From: Geosiphon pyriformis uo1
Taxonomy: Eukaryota > Fungi > Glomeromycota
Reading direction: 5' to 3'
Assembly (NCBI GenBank): GCA_016748015.1
Contig: JAAOMT010000057.1
Span: forward strand, 142,763-206,762
Length of the DNA stretch: 64,000 nt
Position 1 is the first letter of the stretch. Each line of letters starts with the position of its first letter. Of the stretch, positions 27,601 to 40,723 are shown one piece after another. The notes beneath the pieces were generated by a model. That model had not been told where the DNA came from, did no database searches, and worked only from the letters and a program-made list of their open reading frames with translations. The position numbers and the translations under genes are program-made.

Positions 27601-30600
27601 GATATTGATAATGAGCTTGAGCAACTATTTCGCACTTGGGAAAACTATCTTCTCATGAGCAGTGACGTTAGTCCATTCGCCCATCAAAATATTGTCGTTC
27701 TATATTCAAATGTCTGTACTGTGACACAAGCTCCGTGTCAAGGTCCCGAAGTACATATAATAGAATATTATAGTGAGTCTGATCGTACTTTAGGCCAATA
27801 CCTTGAAGAAATGTGTTATGACTCTAATTATTTATGTCCTGCAAAAACATGCGATCGTCCACTTTTGATGCATTATAAATCTTACTGTCATGGCTATGCA
27901 CGAATCAGTGTTGTCATTGAACAGTTTGATTGTCCAAGGCCTGCCATGGAAAACAAGATTTTGATGTGGAGCTATTGTACAAAATGTAAAAAATCAACTC
28001 AAATGTTACCAATGTCAGAAGATACATGGAAATATTCATTTGGCAAATACCTTGAGCAGTCCTTCTATCAAACAGAACTGAAAAGTCGCGTCGAAGGATG
28101 TCCTCATGCTATATATCGTGATCATAAACATTACTTTGGGCTCAAGAATCTAGCTGTTCGTTTCGAATATCAACCAATTGACTTGATGGAGGTTTCGGTT
28201 CCACCTATGGTTTTGCACACAAAGCCTGAAGTGACTATACGCCTCAAAAATCTAGATTATGAGATGAATATATCAAAGATCAAGAAATATTGGGATTCTG
28301 TTAATGAAAGAATTATAAACTTTGATTATGGACTTGTTCAACCTGAAAAACAAGAAGCGTCCAGGTTAGAGTTACGCGAAATGTCTAATAAGGTTGTTGA
28401 GGAATTGAAGGCTACTCTTCAACAACTACAGAAAGCCTATATGGATAGCTTACCAACTGACACCTTGGCGCTTAACTCGGTGTTAGTAGTATTACAAGAA
28501 AAGGTTTTACAATGGGACCGAGATTTTAACGATATCGCCCGAAATTACTTTCAACCACGATTTATCACTAGACAATTCAAAAGGATTTTTGATCCACCAT
28601 CAGTGATCCGACCTCCATCTGGTTCACCGGTCAAAGAGCTGTCTTGGAACAGCTTCAAATTAGATCAAGTGGTGGCCTCCACGTTAAAGTTGGATGAAAT
28701 ATTTTCAGAAAAAAGTTCCCACAAACCAGTTTATACACCAACTAATGAAAAACCTCCTCAAATTGAGGGTAAAGGGGAAATCCAAAGCAATGCTCCAGAA
28801 ACTGTTATTGATAAGGAAAACGGGCAGACCACGAAATCAGAATTAATCGAGTCTTCGCCATTATTGGCTCTAGAGCTAAGAGACAATCTACCACATGATT
28901 TATCGATTGATCCTAAGAATTCTTCGGTCCACCCGTCAAAAATCCTTGTTTTTGATTCCAAGGCAAAGCCGAACTCCAGATCTTTACAACGAGTTGCTTC
29001 ACAGCAAACACAATCGACCATTCTGAAAGGCCAAGATTCATCAACTTTAATTCACACAAAAGAGCCAGAAAACATGAACCTTTATATAGCACCTTCGAAG
29101 CGAAAACCAGTGTCTACCAAATCAATTGATATTCCGATTACAAAAGAAGATATCCCTGACCCTGAACTTTTACATATAACCAACAATGATGATAGTTTTC
29201 CTCCAGGCCAAAATACTCCCGCTGTTTCTGCCTCAAATCCACGTATTAGTGGTTTGGCCCGTGTCTTAGAGAAAGAAAAAGCCAAGGAAGAAAAATTGCT
29301 AGATAAACCCTCAATTAAAGGAAAGCGCATCAAGAAAGAAACAGAGTCTTCTGATAGCCTATCTACTTCTCGTCAAAATGCGAAATTGGGCCGCATTGAA
29401 AATAAATCGCTAAGTCCAGACTTCCGCAGGCCTTCTGCCCGTACGTTTGACAAGTATGATAGCAAATTTTCAACAATAAATAAGTTGAGAAGAGGAAAGC
29501 CTATAAAACTTGTTTCTAAACCAACTATTGAGGTTTTCAGTAATGTTAAAGAAGCAACTAAAGAGGAATCTGAAGATGAAGACCAAGATGAGGATGAAAA
29601 CGATGAACGCAATGCCAAAGGCTTGCCTATTCCGATGAATAAACCTGAAACCTATCACGAAACGGATAGAAAACAAGAATATCCATTACTGACTCATGAA
29701 CCGTCGGAAGAAACATTCCCTTATGATGTAGAAGACCAATTGGGTAGTATTTCTTCTACCTTTTCGACTAATAGAGAATCCCTTAATGAGAAAGACATTT
29801 TGGAATCCGACCGTCGTCTACCAATCGTGAAATCTCTTACAAACTTTTTGGCAGATAGAAACTTAAAATTTTTAGAATATCCTTCAGAATATCCCTTAGA
29901 ATACCCTTTGTAAGCAGAGGCAATATTATTTGTTTATATTTATTTCTTTGTCAGCTGAAAATTTTCTTTTGTTAGACATTCGACCGAGCATGTTTTCCCT
30001 GATTCTTTTATTATTGTACGCGAAGATGAACCTAGCTCTATCATCTCTTTTACTCTAAGGTAAGCATGAATTACACAAAATCAAAGCGATTTTAAGATAA
30101 TTGAGTATTATTCATTACAGTTCTAAAGATTACCTCAAGAAACTCGTGCACATGCAACAATCCACTACTGTTACCGAGGTTTTTGTTCCTGAAGCGGAAG
30201 GTTACCCCGGGACAAATGGCTCTAATTGGGATATGGTAGATATGGATGAAGGTCCCGAAAATATCAAAGATGCATTGCTCAGAGAAACGGGATCTCACAT
30301 GAAATATCGTGCGTTTTTTTCAATCTTTTTTCAATTTGAGTTTGAACATGATAAAATATCAAATAATAGGGTTTTCTTCTAGAGTTCTCGGAAGGTTCCA
30401 CTCAGTTATTTTGTAAAATTTTTTTTGCCGAGCAATTTGATGCCTTACGGCGCAATTGTGGTTGTGAAAGCACATATATAGAATCGCTGGCGAGATGCGT
30501 AAAGTGGGATTCTACGGGTGGAAAGTCTGGATCTGCGTTCCTGAAAACCAGAGGTATAATTACCTGTATTCAAAATCTGGTCTTAAAAACGATTATCCAT

Positions 30601-31679
30601 TTTCTTACTTTCTTTCCTTGAATAGATGATCGTTTAGTAATGAAACAAATGTCTCGCCTCGAGATGGATGCTTTTTTGAAATTCGCACCGGCATATTTTG
30701 AATATATGTCGAAAGCATTTTTCCATGAGGTATGTCTCCCATTTGCGGTTTTCTTTGATCACTTCATCGAACATTTTGCATTTATATTTTTCCTCATGTT
30801 TTAGCTTCCTACAGTATTAGCAAAGATTTTTGGATTCTATCGTATCGGCTATAAGACTGAACAGTCTGGCAAAAGTATGAAAATTGATGTCATCGTAATG
30901 GAGAATCTTTTTTATGAGCGCAAAATTTCCAAGGTATGTAGTGTGAAAAATTTTTTCGTGGCAGACTGTTCTTTAAATTGAAATAGCATTTCAATTTTAG
31001 ATATTTGACTTGAAAGGTTCCATGCGAAATCGTCATGTGCGAAGTACTGGCAAAGAAAATGAAGTTTTACTTGATGAAAATTTACTTGAGCGTAAGGAAA
31101 TTTTTCACTTTTCATTTATTCACACTATGCTAATTTTCCGCTTATGCTTATCACTTTTAGTTCTTCATGATAAGCCTTTATTCCTTCGTGAACATTCGAA
31201 AAGAATCCTTCGTGCCTCATTGTGGAACGATACACTTTTCCTAGCCAAATTGAATGTAATGGACTATTCCTTGCTGGTTGGCATTGATGATGAAAGGCAG
31301 GAATTGGTAGTAGGCATTGTTGGTGAGTTTTCAATTGGAATTTTTTTATGCATAAAATTTTTATCTTAGTTTTATTTTGATTTTTTAGATTTTATTCGTA
31401 CGTTTACATGGGATAAAAAACTAGAAAGCTGGGTAAAAGAAACTGGGTTTCTTGGAGGAGGTGGTAAAGAACCCACTATCGTTTCACCACGTCAATACAA
31501 GCATCGGTTTAGAGAGGCCATGGATAGGTAGAGCTAATGACTAGGGCGTTCTGATTGTTTTTTTGCCTTCCAAACTTAACTTGCTTTCGGATGTCTACTT
31601 TAGATACTTCCTTATGGTACCTGACATTTGGAGCACCCACCGAAAAAACCGACCAGCCCTCATCCAACAGAAAGAGTAG
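24646..31679 (+). CDS. FAB1: 1-phosphatidylinositol-3-phosphate 5-kinase Fab1/PIKfyve
   Basis: FYVE ([23 protein letters not shown]), CCT/Cpn60-like domain ([10 protein letters not shown]), Cys-rich region ([20 protein letters not shown]), PIP kinase domain ([33 protein letters not shown]); TAG 31677-31679. Confidence 0.97.
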
Positions 31680-32126
31680 ACAAGGTAAGTATCGGTTAAG
31701 CGACTTAAGTTTGGAACATGGTTAACTAATCACTCCTACCAGTTTCTTTAGTAATATTCGGTTCAAGTCAAAATCTGGTCCAACCGAACCGATGTGACTG
31801 CTGACTCCTGGGATTATTTTCTAGCAGAATCGTTGCGAAGAAAAATCTCAGAATTTATTTATTATAGAATCATTGTAGAATATCTGTCTAATAGTAGCAG
31901 CATTTTTGGATTTCCTATTAATTTATTTATCTATTGTAAATATAACAAAAAGCTCAAAAAATTACAATTAAGAAATTATTTTCTACTTTAAGTGGTTTGT
32001 AACCTTTCTTTTAATAATTAAAAAAACAATTATACACAACCAAAATTAATGATTTTCCAATTTTATAATATAATATTTGTTATAGTTTTCATCACAAAAT
32101 TTAACAAATTGATTATTTTTTATTAT

Positions 32127-32176
32127 TATGATAATGATAATAATAATGATAATATGATAATAATGATAATGATAAT

Positions 32177-32220
<44 letters not shown>
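32127..32220. repeat. (AAT/GAT)n microsatellite
   Basis: Visible trinucleotide run. Confidence 0.9.
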
Positions 32221-32225
<5 letters not shown>

Positions 32226-33831
32226 TTTTTATATATTTTAAATCTTTCAAGAACAATATTTTAATAAAAAGTTTTTTTTTGTCTTTTTTTTTACAATTTT
32301 CCAAAAAACAACTTCTTTTATAGTAAACTTAGCAATTATTATAAATAATAATATAACTAAAAAATAATAATTAAAAAATCTGTTTATAATTTCATTAGTA
32401 ATATATTTTTTCAAATATAAAAAGTTTTAATTAACAATATTAAATATTTAAATAATAATAAAAACATATTTTATACAAATTTTTTAGTAGTATTAGTAAA
32501 TTTTTTATCTTCAAATAAAGAAAAAAACAGTATTTTTTTGGCTAATAATAATTATAAAATAGATAATAAAAACAAAACCCAATTTAATTTTAAGACAAAT
32601 ATTTTTAAAGCAAAAAAAATTAATATTAACAAAATAGTTGAATTTTTGGACTATAGAAAATCCCGAAACATACATCGCGCTTCCTAATCTCTTCAAGGAG
32701 CAGAAACTCAGATGGTATAGCGATAAAAATAGCATCTTTCTTTCTTAACATATTATTAATTTAAACAAAATTGAATTGATTTTAAAATTATTAAAAAAAA
32801 GATAAAGATTATTACCTATAAAATAAAATAAAATACACAAACCAAATCAAACTATTTGTGTTCAAATTTAAAAATTTGGTAAATACAAATATTATAATTA
32901 TTTATTTATTTATAAAATTAGTGTTTTTATATATTTAATATATTATTAAAACTAAACATATTAATTAAAAAAAAAAATATGTTTTCTATTTTTATATTAT
33001 TTGTTTTTATATTATTTAAATACTAAAGCAAGTTATTTAAGTATATATTAGCTAAAAAAAATGTTTTTTTGTTTTTATATTATCTAAATATTAAATAAAA
33101 TTATATTATTATATTTATTTTACATGTTAATAAGAAAAAAATAAGTATATTATAATTATTTTTACTTTTATATTATTTGTTTTAATCTGATTTTTATTTA
33201 TTATAAAAATAAAAAAACTTAAGATAATTGTAATTTATTAAAAAGTTTATTTAAATTTTACTTAGTATTAGAATTTATTATTAAATATATAATATTTTTA
33301 ATTTCTAAAAAAATCATTTTACTATTTTTTTTTATATTTATAAATTTTTCAGTTTTTTTTACTAATATCTCGATTTATATATTTAAAAATTGGCCAAAAT
33401 CTGTTTTTAAAAAACTTAAATCCAGTAATTTATTATTATTACAGTTTTTGTTTATAGTAAAATCAATAATTTCTTTAGATTTTTGTTTAATTTTATTAGA
33501 TTTTTTAGTTTTTTTTAGTTTTTTGGATTCTTGGTTTTTTTATTAATATTTATTTAATTTTTAATATTTTTTAAAAAACTTAATATAAATAATTCAATAA
33601 AATTTGAGTTTGCTAATACTTTTATATAGTTGCTTTTAATTTGCTTATATTAAAAGTTTTTAATAAATAAAATATTAAAATTAATGTTTAAATAAAGAAT
33701 TTATACAATTTAAATAAAAAAATACTTACTATTAGCCAATTTTTTTAATTTGTTTTTAAAAAGTTTATACAACTTTAAAGATATTTAATTATAACTGTAT
33801 TAATACAAATATTATATAATTAACAAATTAT

Positions 33832-34852
33832 TATTATCAGAGATTTTTGGTTTTTTTCTCTAAATGTTGTTGTTGTTGTTTTGCTGTTAATTCTTAATTA
33901 TTAAAAGCTAGTAAATCTTTAATAATTAAATTTATCTTCAAATTATTTTCTATAATTTAAACTGTTAAACTTATAAGTAGAATAGCCAATTCTATGCCAG
34001 TTATTTATATAATTATTTTGCAAAAAAAGTCAATTTTTTTCAAAAAATGCTCATCTAAAAGCTTACTAAAAATGTGTACAATAAAAGTTAAATCTTTTTT
34101 AGAAAATGCTTGTCTAAAAGCTTATTAAAAATATGTAATTATTTTGTGGTAAAAGTTAAATTTTCTACAGAAATTTTGTTTGTAAGCTATTCTAATGATT
34201 ATAATAAGAAAAAAAAATAAAAGAAAAAAAAATTTTGTTAAAAGAATTATTTTTGTTTAAGTCTAAAGTTACTAATAAATTACTAAAATTAATAGCTAAT
34301 TAATTTTAAAATATTAATTGGAATTTAAAAAAATTTCAAGTAAAGTAATTATAAATTTTGTTGTTTTTTAATATAATTTTTTTATTGAAATAATTTGTAT
34401 AAATACTAAAAAAAAAATTTTTAATAAAAAATAATTCTAACTAAAATATATTTTCTTAAAAAAAAAAGTATTTTTTTTATATAACTTGTTATTGTACTAG
34501 TTTATAAACTTGCACTTTTCTTTTTGGTATTATTTTACTGTCCTAAAAATATATTTTTGGCAAATTACAAGTTATTTCTATAAATTATTTACTATTTTAA
34601 TAAACTATTAATTATTTTAATAAATTTTTACAGATTTTGGCAAATTCTTAAATGTTATATAGTTTGAAATATTGTGTAATTTAATTATTACAATTTGTGT
34701 ATTTTACAAATTAGGTTATTAATTAAATAATAATTTGGATAATTTGATAAAATAATAAGTAATAAATTGAAATAATAATATATACTAATTAATAATAGAA
34801 ATTATAAAGATAATTTTATGTTAACTAATATCTTAAATTTTTACTAGTAATA
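33832..34852 (-). mobile_element. Decayed solo LTR, family C
   Basis: Collinear with 49920-50888; termini TATTATC...TAGTAATA; TSD TTAT/TTAT. Confidence 0.75.
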
Positions 34853-35810
34853 TTATTAATTTTAATTTATTTGTTAAAACTTTTATATAATTTTAATATT
34901 TTTTAATATTACCAAATTAATTGTAAATATTATTATTAAATAAATAAATATTTATGAAAAATTTACTATATTTATGTAAAATACAAGTAAGTTTTTTGTT
35001 TAATTAAGTTTTATAATAATAAATTAAATAAATACTTAATTTTAAATAATTAATTACTAATTTGTTTTTGAAATAAGTTATTTAATATTTTGGCTATAAT
35101 AAACATATTAAAATTAAAAAAAAATTGTTTTAGTTTTTGTTTAACTAAGCCAAAATCTTTTTAAAAAGTTATAGATTTATATAATTATTCAAAATTGAAT
35201 TAAATATATAAGACTATATATAATTTATACTAATTTTGTAATTATTATTAAATTTGTCTAAAATATTGTTATGAGTTGAAGTAACAAGCTAATAAATAGT
35301 AAGGGAGAACAGAATTATAAGTAATAGAAATAATCAAAGAGGAAATTACAATAAAGAAATAAATTAAATAAGTAAAAATTCAATATGCATAATTAATTTT
35401 ATAAGAATTACAGTTGCAAATCTTTTCTAAAAATTTGAAGATAGAGAAATAATTTGTGATTGTCAACAAAATAATACTGCTGCTATTATTTTATGTTTCA
35501 ACTTGGTAATTTTTAGAATTAATAACAAGTATTATTGTGCTTTTCAATTATTTTTTTTATTCAATAAATCACAAAAGCAAGCAATTGCTTTTCAGGCTAA
35601 TTCTAACAATACAAATTAAGAAGGAAAAAAAATAAAATGTGTGAATACCAACAAATAATCTTTTATTCCAAGATGTTTAGGTACTTAAAGATAAAAAAAA
35701 GGAATAAGTGATATAAAAAGAAGTAATTAATAGTGGGTTTTATTTTATTACTTTAATCATATCTTTTTACAGCTAAAAAACTTATCACTTATATAGTTGT
35801 TAAAAGTGAT

Positions 35811-35926
35811 CAATAATTAGGTCAATAATAAAATCAATGATTAGGTCAATAATTAAATTATTAATCAAGTCAATAATTAGATTAATGATCAAATCAATAG
35901 TCAGGTTATTGATCAGATCAATAATC
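35811..35926. repeat. ~12-bp tandem repeat (AATGATCAGGTC-like, ~9 degenerate units) inside an unassigned relic starting TGTTA at 35267
   Basis: aataattaggtc aataataaaatc aatgattaggtc ... periodicity. Confidence 0.6.
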
Positions 35927-38900
35927 ACTATTTAAAAATAAGGTGGCTAATATATGTGATAGCTAATAAAAAGTATGGGTTTTAACTATAATATCATTTT
36001 CTTTAAAGAAATTAAGCTTTGACAAAATCAAGCTATTTATAGAATAATCTATTTAAAAAGTTTTATCTAGCTCAAAACTAACTAATTTATTAAAGTTTTT
36101 TGTGGATAAAATATATAATACCTGAAATGAAATAAGTTTTATATTTAAGAAACCAAATTTTGTATAAGAGTTTTGGCTTTTTTAGCAATAATCAAAACTT
36201 TTGGGATATTAAATCATATAATGTTCAAAATTTTTACCTGAATTTCTGAAGTTGTTTTCTTTATGAGTTTTATATCTTCTATGATTTTACCAAGGCAATC
36301 ATAGAGTTTTAATTGCCTTCTATATGACAAGTTTTTGTTTATAAGCAAAATTTCTTAGATTGTTTTTCCAATTGTGCTAAAAAATAGAAGTATTATTACT
36401 GTTATGCTTTTTAACAGATATTTATTTAATTTGCTACCAATTTTTTTTTTTCTGGTAGTGGTTTTTTTTGGTCTAATAACAGTATGTTATTACTCATAAA
36501 AGAAGAAAAACAGATATAGAAAAATAGTAGACCAATAAAAGAGTAGTAGTTAGCATGTGAGCACATTGCTCAGCAATATGGAACATATCAGAAATCACGG
36601 CACATTGCTCAACAATATGAAACAATGTCAGAAATTACAGCACATTGCTTAGCAATATGGAGCAATGTCAAGAAAATATGACATATTACTCAGCAATGTG
36701 AGCATTGCTTGAGAAATTATAGCACATTACTTGGGAATATGAGCAATCTTGTAAAATCCAAATTATGTATATATAGTGGTAGCATTAAAAGTAAAAAAGA
36801 CAGACCTCTCAGTTTAGATTTTATCTAAGCTACCTTCTAATCCACAAATATCAATAAATAATTATTTTCTATCTCAAATCTATTCTTTACTATCAATACT
36901 TTATGTTAATAGTTATTAACCCTTAATCACTCTAAAACAATAGCTCTTAATCACGGCTATTGACGGAATACTAACTTGTACATTGTCTTGGCTTATTTCT
37001 TTATTTCTTTCTATTTTTTTCTTTTCTTTGATTTTATTGTTGCATACTAATTAATTAAAAATTAAAGCACTGAATTATTGACATTATGAATAACCTGGTA
37101 AAAGACCCAGAAATAAGAGTAGAATCATATATATATTAATAGATAGCTTACCAGAAGGGCATAACTGCCAGAATAAACTGGCCACCACACTGAAGACAAA
37201 AATTGAGAAAACAACTCACCAACCAACTATATTGTCATTGAATCTCTATTCATTATACAAAGAACTCAACTTTAAAAACCTTCAGATACATCCCATATAC
37301 CAGTATTACCAGTATTATTAAGATATTAAGCACCAAGTTATGGATTTGTTATTTGATTTAAGACTTTAAATAATTATCTGTAATATTTAGTGCTTCCTGT
37401 AAAATATAATTCTACAAAGAATCAGCACCAACAACAATCATCCAAAAGTGGCAGAATTAAAAAACATAGGAGCAAACCATTTAGGATTTGCTAAATCTTT
37501 GTTTCAACAATACAGCTAATAATTAGGACTAAACAATAACCACTTCCCAGCAGAATTTGCCTTTAACTTCTATGTCAACAATAAAATCACAGACTGTTTA
37601 GGAGAAACAGTTAACATTGAATCCACAAGAGAAAATTTCTATACAGAATTATTTCAACATACCAGCTTACCAAAAAACTACAGTTTTACACCAATTATCA
37701 GGGAAATCAATCAAACCATTGAAAGATACACACAACAACAATTCTCTATCACTTATACAGATAAAGGCAAAGAAAGGTTGCAAACACCAACAGTAACACC
37801 AAAACAAATACAACCATCTACTTAGAAAAAAACCAGAGTTAAATTACCAACCAATCTATCATACTATTACACACCAGAAAGTGCCATCAACATCTCATTA
37901 ATAGGCACATCCATATCACACACAACATCAACATTTAGTCAACTCCCATTTCAAAGTAAACAAAAGAAAGCAGAGTTACTAGGAACTTATGACGACTACT
38001 TTGAGAGATTTAAATCACAATCCCCAATGCCATCAGGATTCTGATCACTACCACCTCAACCAGATTTTGGAAATGCGAGTCTCTGCAAGATAACAGAATC
38101 AGAAAAAAAGAAAAAAAAAGAAGCTGAAGATCAAGAATTTATTTACCAGAACCTGATCTTAGAAAATCCAGAAGTTGAAACTCCAAACATTAAAACCCAG
38201 TAAACTCTGAATAATCTAAAACCCGAGTTAATTAATTAGGGAAACTTACCTCCAGTAATCATCATCAACCAGCCATTAATTGGACCAATACTTGAACCAA
38301 TCCCACAGCCACTCCTTCAGCAACCTATTCAACCACCACTTCAACAACTCCAACAGCTGCTTCAACAGCTGCAACAACAACTACAACCACCACTACAACA
38401 ACAACAACTGAACTTAAATCCAATGGCCTACACTCCAATAACAAAACTAGAAAAGTTCACTGGTGAAGAAAACAACACCCAAATATGGTTCAATGACATT
38501 GAAAAGATCATTGTTATGGGATGGTTTTCTTGTTATATTTAATTACTGATATCCTGCTTTAATTGCAATTAGTCTTTCGTGAGTTCCTCAATTCTATTTG
38601 TGTGATAATGTCACTGTTACACTAAAGGCTTTCTTTTTACTGTTGCAATGTAAGTTATTCTTTAATTCTTGATTGTTGTGTGTGTTTATGTACTCCTTCT
38701 CAGAGGCTGAACTGAAATCTACCCACTGTCTGAGGTCTTCTCTGAGGCTATTCTTGCAATTGCCTGATGTGTTTCTCTAATCTAGAAACACAGAATGTTA
38801 ATGGTCTTTAGTGCTTTTCTAATTCTCACAATAAAGCTTTTATCAATTAGTAACAACGTGAATAATTTTGATCAAGGATTATTCTTCCAAGAGATTCAGT

Positions 38901-39157
38901 TGATAAATGATAGTTTCATTCAATAAATAATACAAGTAAGTTTCTTAATACTTTGGGTTGTGATAGTTTTGTTTTAAATATTCTTTTTCATTTCTTTTTG
39001 ATTTTTAAAGGTTTCTTGGGATATTTAATTTGAAAGTATGATTTAAAGTGGAGTTTGTTGAATAAAATTGGATCTGTTGCTTGATAAGTTATGATTTTTA
39101 TTACTTGATTGATTATTTCCCAATATTAAAACTACTGTATATATACATGTTTGTAGT

Positions 39158-39910
39158 NNNNNNNNNNNNNNNNNNNNNNNNNNNNNNNNNNNNNNNNNNN
39201 NNNNNNNNNNNNNNNNNNNNNNNNNNNNNNNNNNNNNNNNNNNNNNNNNNNNNNNNNNNNNNNNNNNNNNNNNNNNNNNNNNNNNNNNNNNNNNNNNNNN
39301 NNNNNNNNNNNNNNNNNNNNNNNNNNNNNNNNNNNNNNNNNNNNNNNNNNNNNNNNNNNNNNNNNNNNNNNNNNNNNNNNNNNNNNNNNNNNNNNNNNNN
39401 NNNNNNNNNNNNNNNNNNNNNNNNNNNNNNNNNNNNNNNNNNNNNNNNNNNNNNNNNNNNNNNNNNNNNNNNNNNNNNNNNNNNNNNNNNNNNNNNNNNN
39501 NNNNNNNNNNNNNNNNNNNNNNNNNNNNNNNNNNNNNNNNNNNNNNNNNNNNNNNNNNNNNNNNNNNNNNNNNNNNNNNNNNNNNNNNNNNNNNNNNNNN
39601 NNNNNNNNNNNNNNNNNNNNNNNNNNNNNNNNNNNNNNNNNNNNNNNNNNNNNNNNNNNNNNNNNNNNNNNNNNNNNNNNNNNNNNNNNNNNNNNNNNNN
39701 NNNNNNNNNNNNNNNNNNNNNNNNNNNNNNNNNNNNNNNNNNNNNNNNNNNNNNNNNNNNNNNNNNNNNNNNNNNNNNNNNNNNNNNNNNNNNNNNNNNN
39801 NNNNNNNNNNNNNNNNNNNNNNNNNNNNNNNNNNNNNNNNNNNNNNNNNNNNNNNNNNNNNNNNNNNNNNNNNNNNNNNNNNNNNNNNNNNNNNNNNNNN
39901 NNNNNNNNNN
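39158..39910. other. Assembly gap (N run)
   Basis: 753 N; hides the end of the element B integrase and the start of its 3' LTR. Confidence 1.
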
Positions 39911-40694
39911 TGGTATGAACAAATCCCATTCTTTTTCATGTTCGTTACTAATTTTCACCAGTGATTCGCATAATGTGCGATTAAATCTTTCAACTAATCC
40001 ATTTGTTTGAGGGTGGTATGGTGATAACAGTGGTCGCTTGATTCCAAATTTTTGGCTAAGTTCTTTTAAGGTGCTGTTTACGAAGTGTGTGCCTTGATCT
40101 GATAGCAATTCTTGTGGACATCCATGTCAGCAAATTAAGTCTTCATGTACGAATTGAGCTATGGAAATAGCATCAGCTGTTTTAATAGCTCTAGCTTCTG
40201 GCCATTTGGTGAGATAGTCCATGACTACTGCAATATAACGGTTGTTTCTTGTTGTTATTGGTAAGGGTCTAACTAAATCAATTCCAATTCTGTCAAATGG
40301 CTGTTCAACTTTTATTGGTCTTAATAATTCCGTTGTTTTTGCTCCTCTTCTTCATTGGCATGGATCACAATTTCTTATGTATTGGATTATGTCTGAACTC
40401 ATTTTTGGCCAATAGTAACAGCTAGTTGCATGTTGGATGGTTGCTGTTTTTCCAAAGTGGCCTGAATAAATATCTGAGTGCATATTAAATAAAATAGTTT
40501 CTTTTTCATCCATGGTTATAACTCTTAATGGATTATCTGGATTTTGTCGATTCCGGTAATAAAGTATGTGATTTTGGATGAAATAGTGTTTTGCTAATTT
40601 TTGGAGCTTAATTAGCTTTTTTTACTGGTATTTCTTTGTCTATTTGTAGTGTTTCCAAGTATTGGCTGAGGTTTTTGTAAAGGTGGTTGTTCAT
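39911..40694 (-). pseudogene. Element B integrase ORF (separate ATG; runs into gap)
   Basis: MNNHLY...HSDIYSGHFG...CDPC, GIDLV, DYLTKWPEA, SDQGTHF, YHPQTNGLVERFN. Confidence 0.88.
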
Positions 40695-40723
40695 TGTTGT
40701 TGTGGCGGGTAGGTTGGTGATTT

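Noticed and set aside
25743-29676. Antisense ORFs within FAB1
   Set aside because: Shadow frames of a long coding exon with no recognisable motifs.
29871-29909. [12 protein letters not shown] 12-bp triplication in FAB1
   Set aside because: Small in-frame slippage repeat; no evidence of function.
39043-40010. Long ORFs rich in X
   Set aside because: Artefacts of the N gap; only the integrase piece ending at 39911 is real.
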